Positions 43,915 to 52,294 of a stretch of 64,000 bases of DNA are shown here, piece after piece. The stretch's first letter is position 1, and each line of letters opens with the position of its first letter. Where the stretch lies: positions 12,948 through 76,947 of the forward strand of contig JBAMLO010000053.1 in assembly GCA_039793485.1 (NCBI GenBank), given 5' to 3'. The translations under genes and the position numbers were made by a program. The notes beneath the pieces are model-generated. The model worked only from the letters and a program-made list of their open reading frames with translations. It did not search any database and was not told the DNA's origin. The stretch is from Nitrososphaera sp. Its GTDB lineage: Archaea > Thermoproteota > EX4484-205 > JAAOZO01.

Positions 43915-46563
43915 TTATCCCAACGCCGAAATTCTTTTCATTATTTTTTCATGCAACTCAAGAAGCCTTTTCTTCTTGTCTCTCATCAGAACGACATCTT
44001 CTTCGCCAAGTACTATTAAGTTGTGAGCGAAGGGCGAGGGTACGTTTGTTTCTATTATTCTTACTTTTAGTTTTCCTTCTTTAATCCAATCTAAAACTAA
44101 ATTTGCTCGCTTCAGGTCCATGACATCTTGAAGGATTTCTCTATATGTTTCTTTTAGAACTGGGAAATCTGGATCTTTATCTTCGATTATGTTTAGAATC
44201 GTTTGAGAACTAAGCTGTTGTTTGTTAACGCTTATCTTATATCCTTTGTAGTTTCTTAGAACTAAGAAGCTTCTTGCAGCACAATGTCTAAACCTACGCT
44301 TCATAAGCTCAGTTCTTCTTACATTATCTTTTAGGACGCTTTCTAAATCCATTGATTTTGACTTTTCGATGAGTTTTTGCAAGTCTAAGTTGTAAGATCT
44401 GGGCATTATCAGCGCAAACCCAGTATCACTTATAACTATTCCGATGTTTTTTCGCAACTCGTCGGAGACTAAAATAGAGAAGAACCTAGAGAGAGCATCG
44501 TTCACTCTTCTTCCAAAAAGTGCATGAAAAACCAAGTAGTTTGCCTTTTCATCTCTGGTTTTCTCTATGAGAATTTCCATGTACCCAGGAATAGTTTTAG
44601 TGAAAAGATATTGCTCCTTGAAGTATTCGTAAACTTCATTTGCAACATCTTTACTTACCGAAAATGAACTTCTTAACCATTTAATAATTTCTAACTTTCT
44701 CTTTCCGCTAATAAACATATTCCTTAGATTTTCTCTAAATTTTTGAATTTGCAAAGCTAATTCAAAACTTAGTGGCAACATTTCTGAGAACCAAGAAGGT
44801 ATCGTTGGAGAACTTCCCTTTGGAGCAGGTTCCACGTAACACTTCATTGCTCTAGCATACCTAAACTTATACAACTTCCCTCCGAGCACGAAAATGTCAC
44901 CAGGCCTTAGTCTTTCTAAAAAGCTCTCTTCAATACCACCAATGAACTTTTTATTTGGAAGCTTGTAAACATCAACTTTTACTTCGTCTGGGATTGCACC
45001 AATGTTCAAATAGTAGATTACTCGGGTATACTTACCCCTCTTTCCAAAAGTACCATCTGAAGGATCAAACCATATTTTCCCATAAACTTTTCTATCTTCA
45101 AGCTCTACGTACTCACCAGCAAGATACCTAAGTAGAGACGTAAATTCGTCTTTGGTTAGCTCCCTATAAGCATAACAAGATCTAATTAAGCTTAAGGCTT
45201 CTTCAACATTCCACTTTTTAGTTAAAGACATCCCAACCACATGCTGAGCAAGTATGTCAAGGGGTTTCTTTGGAACTTCAATGCTGTCTAAGTGTCTAGA
45301 TCTTGCTTCTTGAAGCATTACCATCAGCTCTACTAGGTCGTCTCTATCCATTGCAATGAATATACCTTTCGCAACATCTTTAAAGCCATGACCACTTCTT
45401 CCAACCCTTTGTATTGCCCTACTAACACTCTTAGGCGAGCCTATTTGAACTACTTGATCAATAAAGCCGACGTCTATGCCTAACTCTAAACTTGTTGAGC
45501 TTACAACGGCTTTCATTTGACCATTCTTTAACTTGTTTTCAACTTCGAGCCTAATGTCTCTTGATAAAGAGCCATGATGGGCACCTAAGTTTTGATCATT
45601 GTACTTGTCACCCCACTTTTCTTTCAGATGAAAGACAACTCTTTCTGTGCCACTTCTGGTATTGGTAAAAATTAAGGTTGTTTTTCCTTTTGATATAATC
45701 TTATTCAGAATATTGTATAAGGAATCATTAAGTTCGTCTGCAGAAGAGTATACAAGGCTTTTTACAGGAGTTATAAGCTTTAGATCGTATTTTTTATCCC
45801 AACTTACATCAACTATGTAGCATTCGCGGGGAGCATTGTTTTCATAGCCAACTAAGAACTTAGCGGCTTCTGAAAGTGGATGTAGAGTTGCGCCAAGGCC
45901 TATTCTAACTATTCTCTTTCCTACTAAGTTTTGAAGCCGCTCTAATGACAAACTAAGATGAACTCCTCTCTTGTTTGAGGCTAGTTCATGAATTTCGTCT
46001 ATTACAACCCATTTTACTGTCTTTAAATAAGCTGAAAATTTAGGAGCATTCAAAATAACAGCTAAGCTTTCTGGAGTTGTTATTAAGATATGAGGCGGTA
46101 ACTTCAGCTGACTTTGTTTTTCTGAACTTGAAACATCTCCCGTTCTGAGGGAGATTCTTATTTCTGGCAAAGTTATGCCATTTTCTGAAGCAAGTTTTCT
46201 AACCTCAGTTAAAGGAATCATTAAGTTTTTCTTAATGTCGTTGTCTAAGGCTTTTAGTGGCGAAACGTACACAACATAAATTGAATCTAAAAGCTCCCCC
46301 CTTTCCCCCAATTTAAAGAGTTCACTAAGTATAGACAAGAAAGCAGCTAAAGTCTTCCCTGAGCCTGTAGGACCAGTTATGATTACATTCTTTCCCTCAG
46401 AAACTAGCTTTAGAGAAAATCTCTGTGGTGGAGTTAGGTCTTCAAAATTTTTCTCAAACCAAGCTCTAACGTAAGGTTGAAGAACAGATAAAGACTCCTC
46501 TCTACTAAATGGCTTTCTAAGGAAAATGAAGTTATTTTCTGAAGAGGAGTCCATCTTTAGCAT
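43915..46563 (-). CDS. lhr: Lhr-core ATP-dependent helicase
   Basis: PTGSGKTLAAF, YVSPLKALDND, RTGD, ITTPESL, DEIH, HHGSL, SLELGID, QRVGRSGH, PSWFSE. Confidence 0.95.
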   Translation of the reverse strand: MLKMDSSSENNFIFLRKPFSREESLSVLQPYVRAWFEKNFEDLTPPQRFSLKLVSEGKNVIITGPTGSGKTLAAFLSILSELFKLGERGELLDSIYVVYVSPLKALDNDIKKNLMIPLTEVRKLASENGITLPEIRISLRTGDVSSSEKQSQLKLPPHILITTPESLAVILNAPKFSAYLKTVKWVVIDEIHELASNKRGVHLSLSLERLQNLVGKRIVRIGLGATLHPLSEAAKFLVGYENNAPRECYIVDVSWDKKYDLKLITPVKSLVYSSADELNDSLYNILNKIISKGKTTLIFTNTRSGTERVVFHLKEKWGDKYNDQNLGAHHGSLSRDIRLEVENKLKNGQMKAVVSSTSLELGIDVGFIDQVVQIGSPKSVSRAIQRVGRSGHGFKDVAKGIFIAMDRDDLVELMVMLQEARSRHLDSIEVPKKPLDILAQHVVGMSLTKKWNVEEALSLIRSCYAYRELTKDEFTSLLRYLAGEYVELEDRKVYGKIWFDPSDGTFGKRGKYTRVIYYLNIGAIPDEVKVDVYKLPNKKFIGGIEESFLERLRPGDIFVLGGKLYKFRYARAMKCYVEPAPKGSSPTIPSWFSEMLPLSFELALQIQKFRENLRNMFISGKRKLEIIKWLRSSFSVSKDVANEVYEYFKEQYLFTKTIPGYMEILIEKTRDEKANYLVFHALFGRRVNDALSRFFSILVSDELRKNIGIVISDTGFALIMPRSYNLDLQKLIEKSKSMDLESVLKDNVRRTELMKRRFRHCAARSFLVLRNYKGYKISVNKQQLSSQTILNIIEDKDPDFPVLKETYREILQDVMDLKRANLVLDWIKEGKLKVRIIETNVPSPFAHNLIVLGEEDVVLMRDKKKRLLELHEKIMKRISALG

Positions 46564-46721
46564 AACCAGCTTTTTATGGAATGTTCGTTAAGACAACGTT
46601 ATAAAAACTTTTTTAAGTAAAAAAAGAAAGCTTTTGAGCTTATGTACTAAAGCTTTATTTTTTATTTTAAGTGAGAAAGATGTTTTGTTTAAGATTAAAA
46701 ATTTTATAACTTAAGACGACT

Positions 46722-47099
46722 TTACGTTTTAAGTTTAGCTTTCCTTAGCTTATCAAGCTCAGCCTTGTACTCTCCAGAATCCATAGAGGCCTTAATTTCG
46801 TTTAAAGAATCATAGATTTCTTTGAAATATCTATGATCATCGTCTAAGTAGCTTCTAGAAGCTATCTGCTCAGCTCTTGCCCACAGCTCAAGTCCAGCAT
46901 CTCTTAAGGTAAAGGATAGAATTGAATGCCTTTCCGCTTTTAGTCTACTGCCATACTTACTAGAAATTCCAATCAGAGCATCAGAAGCCTCCTGAATCTT
47001 GTCTAACTTTCTCTTATTTATACCTTCAAGGAGCGAAGCAAGGGCAAAACCTAAGTCATTTGAAACCGAAACAATTAGTTCCTCAAACGAGTCTGACAA
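46722..47099 (-). CDS. Hypothetical helical protein
   Basis: 125-aa ORF with host-like composition in a co-directional run; no recognised motif. Confidence 0.65.
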   Translation of the reverse strand: MSDSFEELIVSVSNDLGFALASLLEGINKRKLDKIQEASDALIGISSKYGSRLKAERHSILSFTLRDAGLELWARAEQIASRSYLDDDHRYFKEIYDSLNEIKASMDSGEYKAELDKLRKAKLKT

Positions 47100-47134
47100 A
47101 CTTAACTTCTCTTCTTAAAGCCAAAAAAAAGAAT

Positions 47135-47353
47135 TTAAGCTTTTTCTTTCTGTTCAGTAGGCCATTTTATTTTAAGGATTGTTATTCCTAACCACCCAAC
47201 TAGTCCGAAAAACAGAATTACAAAAAGAGTAGAAGCCATTATAACTGCATATTGCCATAAATCGTTTAGAACGAGATAAAGGTACGAAAGCAAGCCTAGA
47301 ACAGAAAGACAAACCAAGGCGATACCCCAAACTTTGTATGAAATGCTTGACAT
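47135..47353 (-). CDS. Small two-TM membrane protein
   Basis: Two hydrophobic helices (WGIALVCLSVLGLLSYLYLVL; AVIMASTLFVILFFGLVGWLG) and a charged tail; GAGGT SD. Confidence 0.7.
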   Translation of the reverse strand: MSSISYKVWGIALVCLSVLGLLSYLYLVLNDLWQYAVIMASTLFVILFFGLVGWLGITILKIKWPTEQKEKA

Positions 47354-47408
47354 CTGAGACCTCTATTTTGCAACAGTAAAGGATAAAAACATTTTTTTAG
47401 GAAGGGTA

Positions 47409-48986
47409 CTAACTAAAGTCTTGATTTTCTCTCATTTGTTCAAGTTCAACAACCATTCCAAATCTTCTCCCTACCTTTACTAAGTTCTTTTGAACTTTCT
47501 TAGTAAAGTCCCTCATGTACCTTGTTGGAATTGAGATCTTTATCTTTCTTCTGTCAATTTCAACCTTATACTCTTTGATGTAGCCACCCATTGCTTCTTC
47601 AACTGCTTCGTTTATTGCTTTCTCCTTTTGAGATTTAGCATTACTTATAGGCACTACGAAGGTCTTCTCTCCAAACACGTAGAGTTCATACTCGGGTTTT
47701 CCGGTAAAGAGGTTTGTCATTATTACTGTAGGGCGTGCTAGGTCAGCCCTTGCCAAGCCAACAGGCGTCTTAACAGCAGTCTCAAGTATATATACTGACT
47801 CAACCTCTCCGCTGTTCATGAACAATATAGTATCTATAATTGAAGGTACGAGGCCCAAGTCAACCCTGTGAATAAACCTTTGAACTGCATCTATCGCAGA
47901 AGTTGAGTGAATTACGCCCACCATACCTATACCAGTAAGTCTTAAATCTATGAATAAATCAAAATCAGGGTCAGTTCTAAGTTCATCAAAAATGGTATAA
48001 TCAGGACGACTTAGCAATAAGACATCATGTATCTCATTTGACGATGCAGCTGTTTTTGAGTATTGAGTTATATCAGGAGGCAATTGTAAATCTCTTGGGC
48101 TTTCCACAGTTTTAACGATTTTTCCTTTTGACCTATAGAACTCAGCTAGAGCTTGAGCAAATGTAGACTTACCCATTCCTGGTGGACCAGCAATAAGTAT
48201 TCCTTCTGCTCTTTGTTCAATTCTATTTACGACTACTGGAGGTAGATGGTATTCCGCCAAAGCCTTCTTTATTATTGGTTTAACTGCGGTAACTTCTAAC
48301 CCGTCTGAAAAAGGTGGTCTTGTGATAACTATTCTGTAGTCCTTAAGCTGAACTATTGTTGATCCAGGCTTGTCTATTTCTACAAACGAAGTACCATCAA
48401 CTGAAGAAGATTGGACTGTAGCCATTATCTCTAACACTAGAGATTCAAGTTCTTCTCTCTTTATTGGTTCATGAGAGACTTCTTCAAAGATCCACTTTCC
48501 AGGTACACCTTTTTTAACTTTTGGAGTCACGTTCTCTTTAAGATGTACCGACATTACTCCAGGCTTGAAAAAGTCGCTCAGAGATATTTTCTTGCTTGGC
48601 TCAATATATATACATCGTATGCCCATGGCCATGCTCGACCTATAGAGAAGTGGATCGCTTGTTAACAGTGTAGCTTTAGTGTTGTAAGCTATTTCTCTGG
48701 CAGCCTCTCTTGGGTCTTGATCCTGCTTACTAGAGTGAACAAACTTAACTTCTATATTCAGTTTATTGGCAAGTTCAATTAGGTGTCTTAAACCTTTAAT
48801 ACCCAGCTCATCACCAAACTTTGCTCTTTCTTCAAAACTCTTAACGACTTCAATGGGAAGTACAATTTTTCTTATAAAAACTTCGCTACTTCCAACTACC
48901 TTCTCAAAGCTTCTTGTGTAGATTGAAGAGGGCTCAAATACAAAGAGCGCCTCCTCATCTCTTGTTTTTTCACTCAACTTATGCAC
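47409..48986 (-). CDS. PINA-type ATPase (PIN domain, P-loop ATPase, KH-like domain)
   Basis: PIN-like N-terminus (ATLLTSD), GPPGMGKSTFAQAL, ESPRDL, RPDYTIFDELR, GMVGVIH. Confidence 0.9.
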   Translation of the reverse strand: MHKLSEKTRDEEALFVFEPSSIYTRSFEKVVGSSEVFIRKIVLPIEVVKSFEERAKFGDELGIKGLRHLIELANKLNIEVKFVHSSKQDQDPREAAREIAYNTKATLLTSDPLLYRSSMAMGIRCIYIEPSKKISLSDFFKPGVMSVHLKENVTPKVKKGVPGKWIFEEVSHEPIKREELESLVLEIMATVQSSSVDGTSFVEIDKPGSTIVQLKDYRIVITRPPFSDGLEVTAVKPIIKKALAEYHLPPVVVNRIEQRAEGILIAGPPGMGKSTFAQALAEFYRSKGKIVKTVESPRDLQLPPDITQYSKTAASSNEIHDVLLLSRPDYTIFDELRTDPDFDLFIDLRLTGIGMVGVIHSTSAIDAVQRFIHRVDLGLVPSIIDTILFMNSGEVESVYILETAVKTPVGLARADLARPTVIMTNLFTGKPEYELYVFGEKTFVVPISNAKSQKEKAINEAVEEAMGGYIKEYKVEIDRRKIKISIPTRYMRDFTKKVQKNLVKVGRRFGMVVELEQMRENQDFS

Positions 48987-49120
48987 TCTTTGCTTACGGC
49001 TCGAGAAATTAGCTTAATAAACTTTATCTACTTATTTTTTCTTTTAAAATAATGTAAATAAGAGTAATTATTGAGCTTGCAAACCTTAAAAACAGGTAAA
49101 AAGAGGCTTATTCTTAAAAA

Positions 49121-49807
49121 ATGAGCGGTAACCTTGAAAAAGCAAAAACGTTTGCTGCAAGAGAAGCGATAAAATACATCGAGGAGCCGAAGATAATAGG
49201 AATAGGAACCGGCTCAACGGTTGGGGTACTTTTAAAGGAAATGAAGGGGATGAACTTTCTGGATAAAGTCTTTGTCCCATCTTCTTTAGAAACAGCCTTA
49301 ATCCTCTCAAGTTACGGATTAAACGTAGCGAACCCAATTTCTGTAAAGAAAGTAGACGTCTACTTAGACAGTGCCGACGAGGTAGATCAGAACATGAACA
49401 TGATAAAGGGCGGAGGCGCTGCCTTAACAACTGAAAAAATATTAGCACACTTCTCTAAAAAAAGAGTATTCTTAGTGGATTACTCAAAACTCGTGAAAAG
49501 ATTGGGAGAAAAAACACCTTTGCCTATAGAGATAATTCCTCAATTTACGTCAATGATACTAGAAGAGCTTCAGGAGAAGGGCTACAAAGCTACAGTTCGC
49601 AGAGCAAGTAAAGCAAAATATGGGCCTGTGATTTCAGACTTAGGAGGAGTAATAGTAGACGTTGCATTACCGAAGGAAAAAGAGCTAGCTGAAGTTGAAA
49701 AAGAGTTAAAGAGCATCCCCGGTATTATTGAAACGGGCCTCTTTTTGAACATGGCAGACGTGCTTATAGTTGGATGGGAAAACAAAGTAGAAGTATTTAG
49801 GAAGTAA
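49121..49807 (+). CDS. rpiA: Ribose-5-phosphate isomerase A
   Basis: GIGTGST, DSADEVD, IKGGGAAL..EK, GIIETGLF. Confidence 0.96.
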   Translation: MSGNLEKAKTFAAREAIKYIEEPKIIGIGTGSTVGVLLKEMKGMNFLDKVFVPSSLETALILSSYGLNVANPISVKKVDVYLDSADEVDQNMNMIKGGGAALTTEKILAHFSKKRVFLVDYSKLVKRLGEKTPLPIEIIPQFTSMILEELQEKGYKATVRRASKAKYGPVISDLGGVIVDVALPKEKELAEVEKELKSIPGIIETGLFLNMADVLIVGWENKVEVFRK

Positions 49808-49853
49808 AGCCTTTATTAACTCTTCTTTGCTACTATATTAAAGAAAAAAGAGA

Positions 49854-51014
49854 ATGAAGATACTAATTGGCACTTCTGGTTGGAATTACAAAGAATGGGT
49901 AGGGCCATTCTACGATGACTACGAAAAACAATTTTCGTATTACTCTGAAGTTTTCCAAACAGCAGAGATTGACTCAACTTTTTACAGTTTCCCAAGTCTT
50001 TCTTTTATGAACGGCCTTTCCAGAATTGCACCAAAGGATTTTAAGTTTTCTATGAAAATTCCAAAAGACATTACACACAAAGAGTTGTTAAACATAAAAA
50101 AGGGTGCTTTAGAGGACCTTAACAAGTTTCTTAGGCTTATACAGCCTTTAAAGGAGAGTGGAAAATTGGGAGCTCTGCTAATGCAGCTACCTCCAAGAGG
50201 TAAAGGAGAACTTCTAGAAAATTTCACTAGCTTTATAGGTAGTCTAGATACCAGTAAATATGACTTTGTAGTAGAATTTAGAGAAAAATCTTGGATTCAA
50301 GAAGAAACGTTTAAAATTTTAAGGAACTACAACATAGGCTATTGTATAGTGGATGAACCTCTCCTTCCACCTGTGCTTGAAGTAACAAGCAATTTAGCGT
50401 ATGTAAGATGGCACGGAAGAGGAGGAAGACCATGGTACTACTATGAGTACAGAGAAGATGAACTTAAGGAGTGGAAAGAAAAGATAGATAGCATTAAGGA
50501 TAAGGCAGAAGTTTTGTATGGGTATTTCAATAACCATTTTAGAGGTTATGCTCCAAAGAATGCTCTTCAAATGCTAAGAATTTTAGGAATAGCTAATGAC
50601 AAGCAAGAGAAGGCACTCAACAAAATACTAAGGTACTTTGAAAATACGGTTATAGAAGAGACAAAGAAGAAAGGACTTAATGCACTAAGTAGTGGAAACG
50701 TAAATGACATGATTTTAGTTTTTATAGATAAGAAAAGATTTGAAAGGGCTGAAGAGGAAAAGAGCAGTGTTGAAATACTAGAGATGAATGAAAACAAGAT
50801 CAGAGGCAAAGTAAAGGAATATGATTTTGAGATAAGAGTTGGTGAAAAAAAGATAATACACAATTGTGAAGATTGGAAGAAAAGAGCGAGTTCAAAGCAA
50901 TTTTGTAAACACATTGCTAGCGTTTTCTTGTACATGCCTGAAGAGACCTCAAAAAAGGTATTGAAGGAGGTTATAACAAACTTAGACGAATGGGTTTTTG
51001 AACTTTGGGGGTAA
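49854..51014 (+). CDS. DUF72 TIM-barrel protein fused to a C-terminal SWIM-like zinc finger
   Basis: IGTSGWNY..W, EIDSTFY, QLPP, VEFR, YVRWHG, YFNNH (DUF72), then HNCEDW...FCKH. Confidence 0.85.
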   Translation: MKILIGTSGWNYKEWVGPFYDDYEKQFSYYSEVFQTAEIDSTFYSFPSLSFMNGLSRIAPKDFKFSMKIPKDITHKELLNIKKGALEDLNKFLRLIQPLKESGKLGALLMQLPPRGKGELLENFTSFIGSLDTSKYDFVVEFREKSWIQEETFKILRNYNIGYCIVDEPLLPPVLEVTSNLAYVRWHGRGGRPWYYYEYREDELKEWKEKIDSIKDKAEVLYGYFNNHFRGYAPKNALQMLRILGIANDKQEKALNKILRYFENTVIEETKKKGLNALSSGNVNDMILVFIDKKRFERAEEEKSSVEILEMNENKIRGKVKEYDFEIRVGEKKIIHNCEDWKKRASSKQFCKHIASVFLYMPEETSKKVLKEVITNLDEWVFELWG

Positions 51015-51081
51015 GAAGAGTATAAATTCACATCTAGCAGTAAATAAATTTCATGTTAAAGACCACTAAAACAGGGCCATT

Positions 51082-51139
51082 AACCTTTAAAGGTTCGACA
51101 AAAAGGTTAGAAGGTATTAACTACTAAGAAAACCTTTTT
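51082..51139. promoter_or_regulatory. Palindromic operator-like array upstream of the polyprenyl synthase
   Basis: Perfect 14-bp palindrome AACCTTTAAAGGTT (51082-51095) plus AAAAAGGTT (51100-51108) / AACCTTTTT (51131-51139) inverted pair. Confidence 0.35.
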
Positions 51140-51173
51140 AAAATATTCACGCTTTTACTCAGCCGGAATAAGG

Positions 51174-52178
51174 TTGGAGAAGTTACTTACTTATGGTAAA
51201 AACATAGACTCGGACATAGAAAAATTTTTGGTTCAAAACATCCCAATTGAGTTTAGGGAAGCGATGCTTTATCCAATTAAAACTGGGGGGAAGAGAATTA
51301 GACCCACCCTAGTTCTACTAAGTGCTCAAGCAGTAGGCGGAGACATAAATTCAGCCCTACCTGTTGCTGTAGCTTACGAAATAGCTCACAACACTACTTT
51401 AATTTTTGACGACATAATAGACAAGGGAGAAACAAGAAGAGGAGTACCAACGTTAAGAAAGGCATTTGGAGAAGTAACTTCGCTCCTTGTTGGACTGAAG
51501 TATAGAGAAGCGGTAGTAAGAGCTCTAGAGCAGACCCCACAATTCCTTAGGCTAATTAAAGTTCTAACAAGAACTATAGATGAAATACTTGAAGGTGCTA
51601 TGCTTGAAATACTATTTGAAAGGGGAGTGAGAGAAAACGAGCCGTTTATTAACTCAAAAAGAAGGTCAAAAATTGACATAAATGATTACTTTTATATGAT
51701 AGATAAAAAAACAGCCGCTCTCTTTAGAGCAAGTTGTGAATCTGGCGCGATAGTTGGGGGAGGCACAGAAGAAGAAATAACTGCGCTGAGGAATTATGGA
51801 ACTAATCTTGGTATAATGTTTCAAATTACTGACGATTACTTGGATATATATGGAGATGAAGAGCTCATAGGAAAAATTGTTGGCAAGGACATAATGGAAC
51901 ATAGAATTGCAAACATTGTCATACTGTTGTCGATGAAAAAGATGGATGAAGAAAATAGAAATAAGCTGATTAGAGTAATATCAAAGCAAGAGACAACAAA
52001 AGAAGAAATCTTAGATGCTATAAAGATGATAAAAAGCACAAACGTAGAAAAAGAAGTATTTGAGATCTTAGATTCATATAAAGTAAAATTAAAGGAAGCT
52101 TTAAAGCCACTAAAGCAAACAGAAGCAAAATTTATCCTAGAAAACATAGCAGACTTTGTCACAAGTAGACAGTTTTGA
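51174..52178 (+). CDS. Polyprenyl diphosphate synthase (probable GGPP synthase)
   Basis: GGKRIRP, FARM DDIID...RRG, KKTAALF, SARM FQITDDYLD, GKD. Confidence 0.92.
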   Translation: MEKLLTYGKNIDSDIEKFLVQNIPIEFREAMLYPIKTGGKRIRPTLVLLSAQAVGGDINSALPVAVAYEIAHNTTLIFDDIIDKGETRRGVPTLRKAFGEVTSLLVGLKYREAVVRALEQTPQFLRLIKVLTRTIDEILEGAMLEILFERGVRENEPFINSKRRSKIDINDYFYMIDKKTAALFRASCESGAIVGGGTEEEITALRNYGTNLGIMFQITDDYLDIYGDEELIGKIVGKDIMEHRIANIVILLSMKKMDEENRNKLIRVISKQETTKEEILDAIKMIKSTNVEKEVFEILDSYKVKLKEALKPLKQTEAKFILENIADFVTSRQF

Positions 52179-52294
52179 AAATCATTTCTACTGAAAGGGA
52201 AACAACACTATTTAACTAAAATAAAAATGCTTCTATACGTTAAAGAACTTAAAACTAAAAGTTGTACAAAGGATGATAAAAGATTTCTAAAAAT

